Positions 1 to 9,478 of a stretch of DNA of 64,000 nt are shown in pieces. Where the stretch lies: positions 1-64,000 of the forward strand of contig MTMD02000005.1 in NCBI GenBank assembly GCA_002010065.2, read 5' to 3'. This stretch comes from Candidatus Pyrohabitans jungbluthii (GTDB lineage: Archaea; Hydrothermarchaeota; Hydrothermarchaeia; Hydrothermarchaeales; BMS3B). The stretch's first letter is position 1, and each line of letters starts with the position of its first letter. A model generated the notes under the pieces. That model did not search any database and was not told the origin of the DNA. It was given only the letters and a program-made list of their open reading frames with translations. The position numbers and the translations under genes were made by a program.

Positions 1-2
1 AC

Positions 3-65
3 AAACCCTTCGATAAGGAAGAGCTGCTCGAACTGGTGGAAAATATGTTAAGAAGAAATGATTAA
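3..65 (+). CDS. C-terminal end of a response regulator receiver protein (partial, runs off the window)
   Basis: Manual translation KPFDKEELLELVENMLRRND*; KPF plus final helix is typical of REC domains. Confidence 0.7.
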   Translation, partial: KPFDKEELLELVENMLRRND

Positions 66-142
66 GAAGTAATTCATACCTGCCTCAGGTTCCACCAGTT
101 TTATATTGAAGTAGCGCCACACTTAAGTAAGGAGGGAGTATT

Positions 143-562
143 ATGGCTAGCGAAGAGTTAAAGGAGATGCTCAACAGGGCAATAGCGAGAGAGATGCAGG
201 TTTCAATTCAGTACATGTGGCAGCACATCGAGGCTAAGGGCATCCTGGGCGAGGCCGCGAGTCCAATACTCAGGCAGATCGCTATCCAGGAGATGCTGCA
301 CGCGGAGCAGATAGCAGAGAGGCTGAGCTATCTTGGAGGAAAGCCAACCACAAAGCCAGGTGAGGTGAAGGTGGGGGACTCACTCAAAGAGATGCTTGAC
401 TTGGACGTCGCCGCCGAGGAGGAGGCAATACAGATGTACAGGGAAATTATAAAGAAAGCCGAAGAGGAGTTTGACGTGGTTACCAGAAAGCTCTTCGAGA
501 ACATACTCATAGAGGAAGAGAAGCATCACGACACCTTCATGAGGATGCGCGAGGGGATGTGA
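143..562 (+). CDS. Ferritin-like / bacterioferritin-family diiron protein
   Basis: E..Y, EMLHAE, EEEAI.MY and EEEKH diiron motifs. Confidence 0.85.
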   Translation: MASEELKEMLNRAIAREMQVSIQYMWQHIEAKGILGEAASPILRQIAIQEMLHAEQIAERLSYLGGKPTTKPGEVKVGDSLKEMLDLDVAAEEEAIQMYREIIKKAEEEFDVVTRKLFENILIEEEKHHDTFMRMREGM

Positions 563-655
563 GTCCGAAAGGTACTTAAATGATTTTAATCCAAAACTTT
601 TTCAGAACTCCCTTTGCGGACAGCGGAGGGGGATAGAAAGAGAGGTGAAAATGAG

Positions 656-1126
656 ATGAGTGAAGAAGTTGTGAAAAATGGCGATACGGTGAAGGTCAGC
701 TACACCGGCAAGTTCACAGACGGAGAGGTGTTCGACACCTCTGACCCGAAAGTTGCCAAAGAAAATGGAATTTTCAACCCGTACCGCGAATATTCGCCAC
801 TGGTGTTCATCGTTGGAGCTGGTCAGGTAATCCGGGGCTTTGAAAAGGCTGTGCTGGGAATGAAGGTTGGCGAAGAGAAGACTGTGGAGATTCCTCCTGA
901 AGAAGCCTACGGAGAGGTCAACCCGGATCTGGTGGTTACCCTGCCAATGGAGATGTTCAGGGAAGCCAACATCGAGCCCAAGGTGGGCATTATCCTAGAG
1001 ACAAGCTCAGGCATGTGCCAGGTGAAGGAGGTTCGCGAGGAAGAAGTCGTGGTGGACTTCAATAATCCGATGGCTGGCAAAACGCTGGTCTTCGACATAA
1101 AGGTGGAGGAGATAGTAGCGGACTAG
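656..1126 (+). CDS. slyD: FKBP-type peptidyl-prolyl isomerase (SlyD-like)
   Basis: YTGKF.DGEVFDTS, G.GQVIRGFE, IPPEEAYG, DFNNPMAGKTL; ATG at 656 after GAGGTGA. Confidence 0.9.
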   Translation: MSEEVVKNGDTVKVSYTGKFTDGEVFDTSDPKVAKENGIFNPYREYSPLVFIVGAGQVIRGFEKAVLGMKVGEEKTVEIPPEEAYGEVNPDLVVTLPMEMFREANIEPKVGIILETSSGMCQVKEVREEEVVVDFNNPMAGKTLVFDIKVEEIVAD

Positions 1127-2046
1127 TCCCACCACCCTCGCTCTTTTTTTAGCTTCTGCAGGTCTATGCTTGCGAAATCCTCCGCCACGTAGCTTTCAGG
1201 AAAAACCTTTTTCGCCTGCTCTTCCAGGAGTTTGGCATCCTTATACCTGGGGCTTATATGGGTGAGGTAGAGCATTCTCGCATTCCCACGCTTCGCAAGC
1301 TGCGCCGCCTCAACGCAGGTGGAGTGAAGCCTCTCTTTAGCTTCCTCTTCGAGGGTATGGTCGAAGGTGCTGTCGTGGATGAGCAGCGCATCTCTGCACG
1401 CGCGCTCAACGCTCTTCACCGGGCGGGTATCTCCTGAGTAAACCACCTTAAAGCCCTTCTTCTGCTCCCCCAGCACCTCTTCAGGCAAGACGACCCTGCC
1501 TTTGAATTCAATGCTTTCGCCCCGCTGGAGCTTCTTGTAGAGCGGTCCAGGGGGTATGCCCAGAGCCTCCGCCTTCTCGCGCAGGAACTTCCTGCCCTTC
1601 TTCTCCTCAAATACCAGACCAAACGCTGGCAGGCCATGCTCCACCGGTAAAGCAGAGATTGTATACTTCCTCTCTTCAAGGCTGAAGTCCTCGCCCAACT
1701 CTCCCACCTTAACCTCGTAGTTTAAGTCGAAATAGCCCAGCTTGAGTATCCTTCGGACAAGCTCTTCTATCCCGGGAGGGCCATAGATTTCCAGCGCCTC
1801 GCTTCTGCCGGCGAAGCTGAGGGTCTGGATCAGCCCAGGTAAGCCCAGAAAGTGGTCCCCGTGGAGATGGGTGATGAAAATCTTGGAGATGCGCATGTAG
1901 CTTATCCCGCTCTTAATAAGCTGCCTCTGCACGCCCTCGCCGCAGTCCCACAGGATAACCTCGCCCTCATAGCGCAGAGCTATCGCTGTGTGAGCGCGCT
2001 TCGTAGTGGGAATCGCTGCCGTCGTGCCTAAAAACACTACCTCCAT
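1123..2046 (-). CDS. rnz: Ribonuclease Z
   Basis: FLGT, DCGEG, THLHGDH, GIPPGP flexible arm, SGDT, THISPRY. Confidence 0.95.
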   Translation of the reverse strand: MEVVFLGTTAAIPTTKRAHTAIALRYEGEVILWDCGEGVQRQLIKSGISYMRISKIFITHLHGDHFLGLPGLIQTLSFAGRSEALEIYGPPGIEELVRRILKLGYFDLNYEVKVGELGEDFSLEERKYTISALPVEHGLPAFGLVFEEKKGRKFLREKAEALGIPPGPLYKKLQRGESIEFKGRVVLPEEVLGEQKKGFKVVYSGDTRPVKSVERACRDALLIHDSTFDHTLEEEAKERLHSTCVEAAQLAKRGNARMLYLTHISPRYKDAKLLEEQAKKVFPESYVAEDFASIDLQKLKKERGWWD

Positions 2047-2047
2047 A

Positions 2048-3073
2048 TCACTTCCTCAGCACCACTATCTTCCTTACCAGGCTGCGGTGCACCCTCTCAA
2101 AGTGCACCTCCTCTATGCTAAAGCCCGCACTGCTCGCGTAGCCCTCGATATCCAGGTTGCTCGGACCAATCACGCACGCGTACCTTCGTGGGATGAGCAT
2201 GCGGTAAATCGAACTCAACGACTCTTGATAAAGCCTCTCCAGGCTTAAACCTTTTGTGCTGGCGCTTATTCCATACGGCGGGTCGCACGCTATGGCGTGG
2301 AAGTGCTCCGGATAGCGCTCCCACAGCGCTCGCGCATCTCCCTTCGCGAGGTGGTATCGCTCTACCCCATAGTGGCGCAGGTTAACCTCAGCGCCGCGGA
2401 GAAACTCCTCCTCCAGATCAAAACCGTAGACCTCAGCGCCCACAAAGCTTGCTTCGATGAGTATCCCGCCGGTACCGCAGAATGGGTCTGCGAAACGCTC
2501 ACCCTCACGAACCCTAGTTAAGTTAACCACCGCCCTCGCCAAGCGCGGCAGCAGCACGCCGGGGCGGAAGTACGGCCTCAGGTGAGGGCGCCTCTCCTCG
2601 TATGCGCCGCGATCTACGCGCTCCAGAACGCGGGTCAAGTAGAACCTATCAGTGATTATGCCCGCAATCACATTGGCTGGCGCGGAGAGGTTCACCTTTT
2701 TACCCCGCGACGCTATAACTGCGCCTATCTCCCTTTCCAGCTTTTCGGTAGATAGGTGCTCTGCATGGTGCCTGACCCTGTGCACCCGCACGGCGAAGCT
2801 CCCCTCAAAGGCATAGTCCACGCTTCTCGCGTTGGAAAGCACCTCTCCCGCGTCGGCTTTGCAGGAGAAGTAAAGCTCCCCGAAGAAGTGGGCCATCGCC
2901 ACGCGCTTTGCAGCCTGAGCTATCGCCCCAGCTGGGAAATCACCCTCGAGCACCAGAACCTGCTCAGCCTGCTCCACAACCTCAAACCTCAAGCCGAGGG
3001 CTTCAAAAGCTGCAAGCACCTCGCTCCGAGGCAGCGTCGGGTGCTCACCTGAAAGAAAAACCAGAAGCTTCAT
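2048..3073 (-). CDS. trm11: tRNA (guanine(10)-N2)-methyltransferase, THUMP plus methyltransferase domain
   Basis: LSGEHP N-terminus, DPFCGTGG, DPPYG. Confidence 0.85.
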   Translation of the reverse strand: MKLLVFLSGEHPTLPRSEVLAAFEALGLRFEVVEQAEQVLVLEGDFPAGAIAQAAKRVAMAHFFGELYFSCKADAGEVLSNARSVDYAFEGSFAVRVHRVRHHAEHLSTEKLEREIGAVIASRGKKVNLSAPANVIAGIITDRFYLTRVLERVDRGAYEERRPHLRPYFRPGVLLPRLARAVVNLTRVREGERFADPFCGTGGILIEASFVGAEVYGFDLEEEFLRGAEVNLRHYGVERYHLAKGDARALWERYPEHFHAIACDPPYGISASTKGLSLERLYQESLSSIYRMLIPRRYACVIGPSNLDIEGYASSAGFSIEEVHFERVHRSLVRKIVVLRK

Positions 3074-3080
3074 ATCGCCG

Positions 3081-3944
3081 CTACCTGAGCGCCTCCGCTA
3101 TGCGCGACGCCACTGAAATAAAACTTATCTGTGAGGGTATTGTATTGGTGCCCACCACCTCTTTTGCTCCTGCTGCGAATAGCCTCGCAATGGCGCTCCC
3201 AGTAGCCACAGCATGAACGCAGCCCACGTAGATGTTCGCTGCCCCCTGCGCTTTCAGCATCTTTATCGCTTCCACCATTGAGCCGCCCGAGTCTATTATA
3301 TCGTCCACAATTATTGCATTCATCCCCTGAACATTCAGATTCTTGGGCTTCACCACCACCTCTCCCGGACCGAGGCGGGTTTTCTCAAGGTAATCGTGCT
3401 CGCATCCCAGGCGTGCTGCAACTTTCTCAGCCATGGCAAGGGCGCCCTTGTCCGGGCTTATAACAACGCAGTCGTCTATCCCGCGACGGCGGAAGTACTC
3501 CCCCAGGTCAGGCGAGGCGTCTATCTCATTAGCTTCTATGGTAAAGTAGTCCAATATTGCGCTCTTGTGCAGGTTTATACCTATGAACCTGTCGGCATGC
3601 ATAGAGATGTGCTTCGCAAGTACGCGAGAGGTTACAGCCTCACCTTGAGTGAAACTCCTGTCCTGCCTCGCATAGGCGAAGTATGGTACCACCGCCGTTA
3701 TCCTTGCAGCGCCCTCCTCGCGCAGGGTTTCCAGCAGGGCGAGGAGTTCAAATATGTTTCTGTTCTGCGGGCGAGGTGTTGACTGTACCACCACACACTC
3801 TTCGTTAGCGACCTCGCTCTCTATGCGCAGGTACAGCTCGCCGTCAGGAAAAACCTTGCAGGTTATGCTCGCCAGCTCGGCATCAAGCTCACTCGCCACC
3901 TCCTTTGCCAGAACCTGGGAAGCTGTGCCTGGGATAACAATCAC
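3081..3944 (-). CDS. prs: Ribose-phosphate pyrophosphokinase
   Basis: FPDGE, PYFAYARQD, SPDKGA, VDDIIDSGGS; probable GTG start after GGAGG. Confidence 0.93.
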   Translation of the reverse strand: MIVIPGTASQVLAKEVASELDAELASITCKVFPDGELYLRIESEVANEECVVVQSTPRPQNRNIFELLALLETLREEGAARITAVVPYFAYARQDRSFTQGEAVTSRVLAKHISMHADRFIGINLHKSAILDYFTIEANEIDASPDLGEYFRRRGIDDCVVISPDKGALAMAEKVAARLGCEHDYLEKTRLGPGEVVVKPKNLNVQGMNAIIVDDIIDSGGSMVEAIKMLKAQGAANIYVGCVHAVATGSAIARLFAAGAKEVVGTNTIPSQISFISVASRIAEALR

Positions 3945-4012
3945 ACTACCATCCTCCTTCAGATATTTACCCGCGGGCAATATTTATATCTTAATGGAAT
4001 AAAAGGCATGCG

Positions 4013-4909
4013 ATGGCTTGGGATGTGATTATCGTCGGTGCAGGTGTCGCTGGGCTAAGTGCAGCGATGCAGGCTTCTCGCCTGGGATTAAGCTGCTTAG
4101 TGCTTGAGAAGCTCGTACCAGGCGGAGGCGCATGTCTGACAAAGCAGGTGGAGAACTATCCCGGATATGAGAGCATTGACGGCTGGACACTTACTAGGAA
4201 ATTTGAGGCTCAGGCTCTGGAAGCAGGGGCAGAGATACGGGATAGCGAGGAGGTTTTGAGGGTTCTCCCCGCTGAAGGAGAGGTTCGCATTGCCACCGCC
4301 AAGGAGGAGCAAACCGCGAGGGCTGTGATCATCGCTTCTGGCACAAGAGAGAAGATGCTCAATGTACGGGGGGAAAAACGCCTCCGCGGCATGGGTGTGC
4401 ACTATTGCGCCCCGTGCGCCGGCTATTCCTATAAAAATAAGCGCGTAGCCGTGGTGGGCAACAACGACCACGCTGTGGCGAATGCACTCTTCCTTGCGGA
4501 GATTGCATCTGAGGTTACGATTATCTTCGAGGAGGAGAGGCTGAGAGCTGAGAAGCCACTGCTTGAGAAGCTCGAAGAAGTGCAAAACGTGGCTTTGCTT
4601 CCCAATGCGAGGGTGACTGCCTTCTCAGGTGAGGAGAGGCTGGAGGAGGTCTCGCTGAGCGTCGCGGGTGAACCGCGCACAATCGCGCCAGACGGGGTTT
4701 TTATATACACTGGAAGGGTGCCCAACTCAGAGATTGTGGATGTGGAGAAGGATGCCGAGGGATACATTCTCGTTGACTGCGACATGCGAACCTCAGCTAA
4801 AGGAATCTTCGCATGCGGTGGTGTGGTGCGCAGGAATGCGAGAATAGCAAGCAGCGCCGGCGACGGCATGGTGGCGGCGCTCTCCGCGGCGGAGTATTTG
4901 GGAGTGTAG
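4013..4909 (+). CDS. Thioredoxin reductase-like flavoprotein with atypical NADPH-binding motifs
   Basis: GAGVAG, VENYPG, GVHYCAPC redox motif. Confidence 0.8.
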   Translation: MAWDVIIVGAGVAGLSAAMQASRLGLSCLVLEKLVPGGGACLTKQVENYPGYESIDGWTLTRKFEAQALEAGAEIRDSEEVLRVLPAEGEVRIATAKEEQTARAVIIASGTREKMLNVRGEKRLRGMGVHYCAPCAGYSYKNKRVAVVGNNDHAVANALFLAEIASEVTIIFEEERLRAEKPLLEKLEEVQNVALLPNARVTAFSGEERLEEVSLSVAGEPRTIAPDGVFIYTGRVPNSEIVDVEKDAEGYILVDCDMRTSAKGIFACGGVVRRNARIASSAGDGMVAALSAAEYLGV

Positions 4910-4914
4910 CGAAT

Positions 4915-5334
4915 ATGAAACTTTACATCGACGCTGATGTGTGGCTGAACTTCTGGCAGGATGAAATGATTGGGCTGATACCAGCCGCTCATTACACAGA
5001 GCTGCTTCTTGAAAAGGCGATCGATGAGGGATGGGTGATAGTGGTTTCCGATGCTGTCAAAAAGGAAGTATATAAAAAGAAGGTGACTCCAGAAGACTTT
5101 GAAAGATTGGTTGGCAAACTTAAAAAAGCAGGATTGATTGAAGAAGTCGAAACCACGCAGGAAGATGTAAACCTAGCATATAAAATATTCTCTGAAAGAT
5201 ATTTGCACCGCTCAGATGCCCTCCACACCGCGCTTGCCATAAAGTCAAAAGCGACTATAGTGACGAGAAATATAGAAGATTTTAAAAAAGTTTCTGACAT
5301 GGTTGATGTGAGAAAGCCAGAGGACTTAATCTGA
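4915..5334 (+). CDS. PIN-domain (VapC-like) nuclease
   Basis: YIDADV, SDALHTALA, IVTRNIEDF. Confidence 0.85.
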   Translation: MKLYIDADVWLNFWQDEMIGLIPAAHYTELLLEKAIDEGWVIVVSDAVKKEVYKKKVTPEDFERLVGKLKKAGLIEEVETTQEDVNLAYKIFSERYLHRSDALHTALAIKSKATIVTRNIEDFKKVSDMVDVRKPEDLI

Positions 5335-5550
5335 TAAACCAGGCCACTTGAGACCCTTTTCTCTCAGAAGTTCGTTAAGCGCCTCCTCCTTCTCCTCATA
5401 TGTTAATGGACCCGGATCAGCTTTACCTTTCATGGAACCTCTCTGCAGTCTTATATCAATCTTGAGAATCTCTTTTTGAAATTCCTCATCCTTTGTTTCC
5501 TTCTCAAGTCTGTCGAGTTCTGCACGAAGTTTCTCAGCTACAGCGGACAT
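5326..5550 (-). CDS. Small charged helical protein, possible antitoxin
   Basis: 74-aa ORF with ATG, convergent with and overlapping the PIN gene. Confidence 0.55.
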   Translation of the reverse strand: MSAVAEKLRAELDRLEKETKDEEFQKEILKIDIRLQRGSMKGKADPGPLTYEEKEEALNELLREKGLKWPGLSD

Positions 5551-5629
5551 GTTATCATCCTATCCTTTCCCAATCTCATCGGCAAGCAATGTTATATCAA
5601 AATACTCAAAAAGGGATGCTAAGGAACTT

Positions 5630-6820
5630 TCACACCACGCCCTCACGCTTTGCCACTGCCTCGACGTCCTTATCGCCCCTGCCTGAGAGGTTTATCACCA
5701 CCACGTCGCCCTTATCGAATTTATCAGCGTTCTTAAGAAGCCATGCCACGGCGTGGGCGCTTTCAAGCGCTGGTATTATGCCCTCCTTCTCGCTGAGATA
5801 GTGGAACGCCTCAAGCGCTTCGTCGTCTGTGGCGTAGTAGTACTTCGCCCGCTTTATCTCACGGAGCAAAGCGTGCTCAGGACCCACAGCAGGGTAATCT
5901 AAACCCGCGCTTATGCTGTGCGTCGTGGCAATCTGCCCGTACTCGTCCTGAAGCACGTAGGTGTAGGTGCCGTGGAGCACGCCTTCTCTGCCTGCGGCAA
6001 AGCGCGCCGCGTGCCTGCCTGTTTCTATACCCTCGCCTCCAGCTTCGACGCCTATAAGCTCAACCTCGGTATCGTCTAGGAAGGGGTAGAAGATACCCAT
6101 GGCGTTACTACCGCCGCCCACGCAGGCGATTATTGCGCTGGGCAGCCTGCCCTCATGCTTCAGTATCTGCCTCTTAGTTTCTCTACCTATGACGCTCTGG
6201 AAGTCGCGGATCATCATTGGATACGGGTGCGGACCCAACACAGAGCCCAGAAGGTAGTGGGTGGTCGTGACGTTGGTTAGCCAGTCGCGCAGCGCCTCAT
6301 TTATCGCATCCTTTAGCGTCCTGGAGCCGCTGGAAACGGGGTGCACCTCCGCTCCAAGAAGGCGCATCCTGAAGACATTCATCTTCTGCCTTTCCATATC
6401 CTCTGTGCCCATGTATATCTCACATTTAAGGCCAAGCACTGCCGCCGCCGTTGCTGTGGCGACGCCATGCTGCCCTGCGCCCGTCTCAGCTATGATCCTG
6501 CGCTTACCCATTCGCTTTGCCAGGAGCGCCTGCCCAAGGGTGTTGTTTATCTTGTGCGCTCCCGTATGCGCTAAATCCTCGCGCTTCAGGTAAACCTTAA
6601 AGCCGAGCTCAGCGCTCATATTGGCGCAGTAGGTGAGCGGCGTCGGTCTGCCCACGTACTCGCGCAGGTAGTAATCCAGCTCCCTTTTGAATTCCCTATC
6701 ATTGCGGAACTTCCTGTACGCCTCGTCCAGCTCTTCCACGGCTGGCATTAAAACCTCTGGTATGTACCTCCCGCCGTACCTGCCGAACCTGCCTCTCCGC
6801 GTAGGGTATCTCATCTTCAC
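5630..6820 (-). CDS. trpB: Tryptophan synthase beta chain
   Basis: [39 protein letters not shown]. Confidence 0.97.
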   Translation of the reverse strand: MKMRYPTRRGRFGRYGGRYIPEVLMPAVEELDEAYRKFRNDREFKRELDYYLREYVGRPTPLTYCANMSAELGFKVYLKREDLAHTGAHKINNTLGQALLAKRMGKRRIIAETGAGQHGVATATAAAVLGLKCEIYMGTEDMERQKMNVFRMRLLGAEVHPVSSGSRTLKDAINEALRDWLTNVTTTHYLLGSVLGPHPYPMMIRDFQSVIGRETKRQILKHEGRLPSAIIACVGGGSNAMGIFYPFLDDTEVELIGVEAGGEGIETGRHAARFAAGREGVLHGTYTYVLQDEYGQIATTHSISAGLDYPAVGPEHALLREIKRAKYYYATDDEALEAFHYLSEKEGIIPALESAHAVAWLLKNADKFDKGDVVVINLSGRGDKDVEAVAKREGVV

Positions 6821-6879
6821 TCCTCAAGTGAGTATGGAGTCATAGAATATAAATCTGTTTCCAAGAAACAGGAAAAAGA

Positions 6880-6952
6880 TGGACCCGCCGGGATTTGAAC
6901 CCGGGGCCTCTGCATTGCGAATGCAGCGCTCTTCCTGCTGAGCTACGGGCCC
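6880..6952 (-). tRNA. tRNA-Ala(CGC)
   Basis: Reverse complement GGGCCCGTAGCTCAG...CTGCA-TTCGCAA-TGCAG...GGTTCAAATCC...GGGTCCA forms a cloverleaf; no encoded CCA. Confidence 0.95.
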
Positions 6953-7035
6953 ATACAAACAGCTCTAATTCAATGCTTTGATTAACAAAGGACAGGATTT
7001 TAAAGTTTGCCAAGGGTAGCTTAAAAGGTTGTGCT

Positions 7036-7236
7036 ATGAAGGTGAAGGTTATCATCGGAAAAGAAGAGAGGGAGGTGGAGGTTAGTCCCGGCGCTACCGC
7101 TGCAGAGGTTCTTAAAGCGCTGGGCATTAACCGGGAGGAGGTTATAATAAAGCTCAGGGACGAGATAATCACAGAAGATGAAACCCTCGCCGAGGGCAGT
7201 GTAATAGAGGTTATAAGGGTGATTTCGGGTGGCTAA
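7036..7236 (+). CDS. Ubiquitin-like small archaeal modifier / ThiS-MoaD sulfur carrier
   Basis: 66 aa ending VISGG, overlapping the ncsA-like gene. Confidence 0.9.
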   Translation: MKVKVIIGKEEREVEVSPGATAAEVLKALGINREEVIIKLRDEIITEDETLAEGSVIEVIRVISGG

Positions 7237-8143
7237 TATAACCTGCTCTCTGTGCGATGAGCGCGCGTGCTACCTGCGACGGTATAGCGGTCAGCGCTTT
7301 TGCAGGCGGCACTTCATCGAGTACTTTGAGAAGAAGGTGAAGCAAACCATGCTCCGCTACCGCATGCTCGAGCGGGGCGAACGAATAGGCGTGGCTGTGT
7401 CCGGGGGTAAGGACAGCCTGTCAACGCTAAACATTCTCAGCAAGCTCGCTGAGAAGCTCGACCTGGATCTTCATGCGATACTGATCGACGAAGGTATCGC
7501 TAACTACAGAGCCGCAACGATAAAGCAGGCGAAGCGCTTCTGCGAGGAGCTTGGCGTACCTCTAACAACGCTCTCATTCAAGGAGCGGTTTGGCACAGCC
7601 CTCGACGAGGCGGTTAAGCTGAGCCAGCGCAATGCATGCACCTTCTGTGGTGTCTTCAGGCGGAAGCTTCTGAACGACGCCGCGAGAGAGCTGGGCTGCG
7701 ACAAGCTTGCCACGGGGCACAACCTGGATGACGAGGTTCAGGCGATAGTTATGAACTACCTTCGCGGTGACCTGGAGCGCCTCGTTCGTCTTGGTATAGA
7801 CGCGGGCAGCGAGCAGCTTGTGCCGCGGATAAAACCCCTCATGGAAATGCCTGAAAAGGAGGTGGCGCTTTACGCCCTGCTCAGCGGCATTCCCGCGAGC
7901 TTTGAGGAGTGCCCCTACGCCCAGGACTCCTTCAGGACAGAAGTGAGGGCGATGATAAACCGCCTTGAGGAGAGCAACCCGGGGATAAAGTTCTCCATTT
8001 TGCGGGGCTATCAGAAGCTCTTGCCTTATCTGAAAAGCTACCAGGCAAAAGCCCTGCGAAGCTGTGCAACCTGCGGGGCACCCAGCTCAGGGGAGCGCTG
8101 CAAGGCGTGCATGCTACTTGAGGAGCTCACCCCATCAGCATAA
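7229..8143 (+). CDS. ncsA: tRNA 2-thiolation protein (TtuA/NcsA/Ctu1 family)
   Basis: N- and C-terminal Zn fingers, SGGKDS PP-loop, CTFCGVFRR, GHNLDD, CPY. Confidence 0.9.
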   Translation: MANITCSLCDERACYLRRYSGQRFCRRHFIEYFEKKVKQTMLRYRMLERGERIGVAVSGGKDSLSTLNILSKLAEKLDLDLHAILIDEGIANYRAATIKQAKRFCEELGVPLTTLSFKERFGTALDEAVKLSQRNACTFCGVFRRKLLNDAARELGCDKLATGHNLDDEVQAIVMNYLRGDLERLVRLGIDAGSEQLVPRIKPLMEMPEKEVALYALLSGIPASFEECPYAQDSFRTEVRAMINRLEESNPGIKFSILRGYQKLLPYLKSYQAKALRSCATCGAPSSGERCKACMLLEELTPSA

Positions 8144-8921
8144 TGGTAAAAGCGTCCCTCAAGCCGGGGGCGAATCCGAGAACAAAGAATGCGAAGTACC
8201 AGAAGTTTCTGTTCTCCTCCTCTATCAGCGAGTTTATCACCCAGATTATTATTCCAATGGCGATGAGCTTAAGCGGGTAGAGCACGTAGGCGGTGCCGAC
8301 GAGGTTTATGAGCCAGTCCTCAAACACGTGCTCCTCAAAGTACCCGTAGTACTCTACGCCGACGATGGTGGCGCTTGCATCAAGCATGTGCCCCGCGAAA
8401 ACCGCAAAAACCCAAGCATTGTCCTGGTTCACAAGCTTCAGAAATGCATAGCTTGCGGCTGTGCTCACCACAAAAAGGGCGAGTATCTGCGCCCCAGCCA
8501 AGAGGTAGGCGACGTTGGTCAATGCAACATAGGCAGGGTAGGCGAGCAGAAAAATGCCTAGCGCAAGCATAGTCTTCTCATAGGCTATGCCCCGGGAGCG
8601 CTGAAAGCGAAGCGCCAGCGCGAGGCTTGCCAAAGCGAGAAGGGCAGTGGTGAAGAAGATTCCGGGCGTAATAAGCCAGGCTGTACGCGGAAAAAGCTGC
8701 GCATCCACGAGGCTGCGCGAAAAGGAGGCGAAGGCGAGAAAAGGGAGAAGCGCCTTGAGAAACCGCCTGTCCACTTTCAGATTAAGCTTTATCACAATCC
8801 TCTCCAGCGCAAGCAAGCCGAAGCCGAGGAGAAGGCCGTACACCAGTGTATTGTAAACGTTGTACCCCTCGCCGGTGTAAATGGGTTCAACGAAGTACCG
8901 CTTGAAAAACTCTACGACCAT
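8127..8921 (-). CDS. DUF63-family membrane protein
   Basis: GYNVYNT, ITPGI, HMLDASAT, GYFEEH, LGFAPGLRD. Confidence 0.8.
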   Translation of the reverse strand: MVVEFFKRYFVEPIYTGEGYNVYNTLVYGLLLGFGLLALERIVIKLNLKVDRRFLKALLPFLAFASFSRSLVDAQLFPRTAWLITPGIFFTTALLALASLALALRFQRSRGIAYEKTMLALGIFLLAYPAYVALTNVAYLLAGAQILALFVVSTAASYAFLKLVNQDNAWVFAVFAGHMLDASATIVGVEYYGYFEEHVFEDWLINLVGTAYVLYPLKLIAIGIIIWVINSLIEEENRNFWYFAFFVLGFAPGLRDAFTIMLMG

Positions 8922-8929
8922 GGTTCCAC

Positions 8930-9478
8930 CTATGCCCGTTTAAATTTCTTAGCCAAGGGAATTCCAAAGTATGGGCCTGAGATGTGGAGCAGGGGCTTCG
9001 CTTTGGCCACGTTTATCACACGGTCGTAGTACTCATCCCTTACCTCTGCCAGGAGCACCTCGCCGGCGATTAGCACGTGATCGCCTAGCTCCTTCGCGTC
9101 GTAGAGTTTGCACTCCAGCCAGGCATACGCCTCTGCGATGCGCGGCGCCTTGACCTTCTTCGAAGGCATCTCTGTCAAGCCTGCTTCGCTGATTTCGCTC
9201 ACCTCATAGGGAAAGTCTTTCTCCAGGATGTGCATCTTCTCGCCCAGTTCTTCGCCTACGAAGTTTATCACAAACTCCTTCGTAGCCTGGATATTGCGCC
9301 AGGTGTCGTGGCCTGGGTTGCACGCTATGGCAAATATTGGGGGAGAGAAGCTTATGGGCGTATTGAAGCTGAAAGGTGCAGCGTTGCTTATACCTCTGGG
9401 CGAAGCAGTGCTCACAACCACACAGCATCTCGCATTCAGCTTATAGAAATTAACCGGGTCTATCTCCATTTCAATCAC
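8930..9478 (-). CDS. Flavin reductase-like FMN-binding protein
   Basis: NAAPFS, TWRNI..TKEFVIN, LEC, GDH. Confidence 0.85.
   Translation of the reverse strand: MIEMEIDPVNFYKLNARCCVVVSTASPRGISNAAPFSFNTPISFSPPIFAIACNPGHDTWRNIQATKEFVINFVGEELGEKMHILEKDFPYEVSEISEAGLTEMPSKKVKAPRIAEAYAWLECKLYDAKELGDHVLIAGEVLLAEVRDEYYDRVINVAKAKPLLHISGPYFGIPLAKKFKRA

Noticed and set aside
6840-7172. 110-aa minus-strand ORF
   Set aside because: Overlaps tRNA-Ala and is antisense to the SAMP gene.
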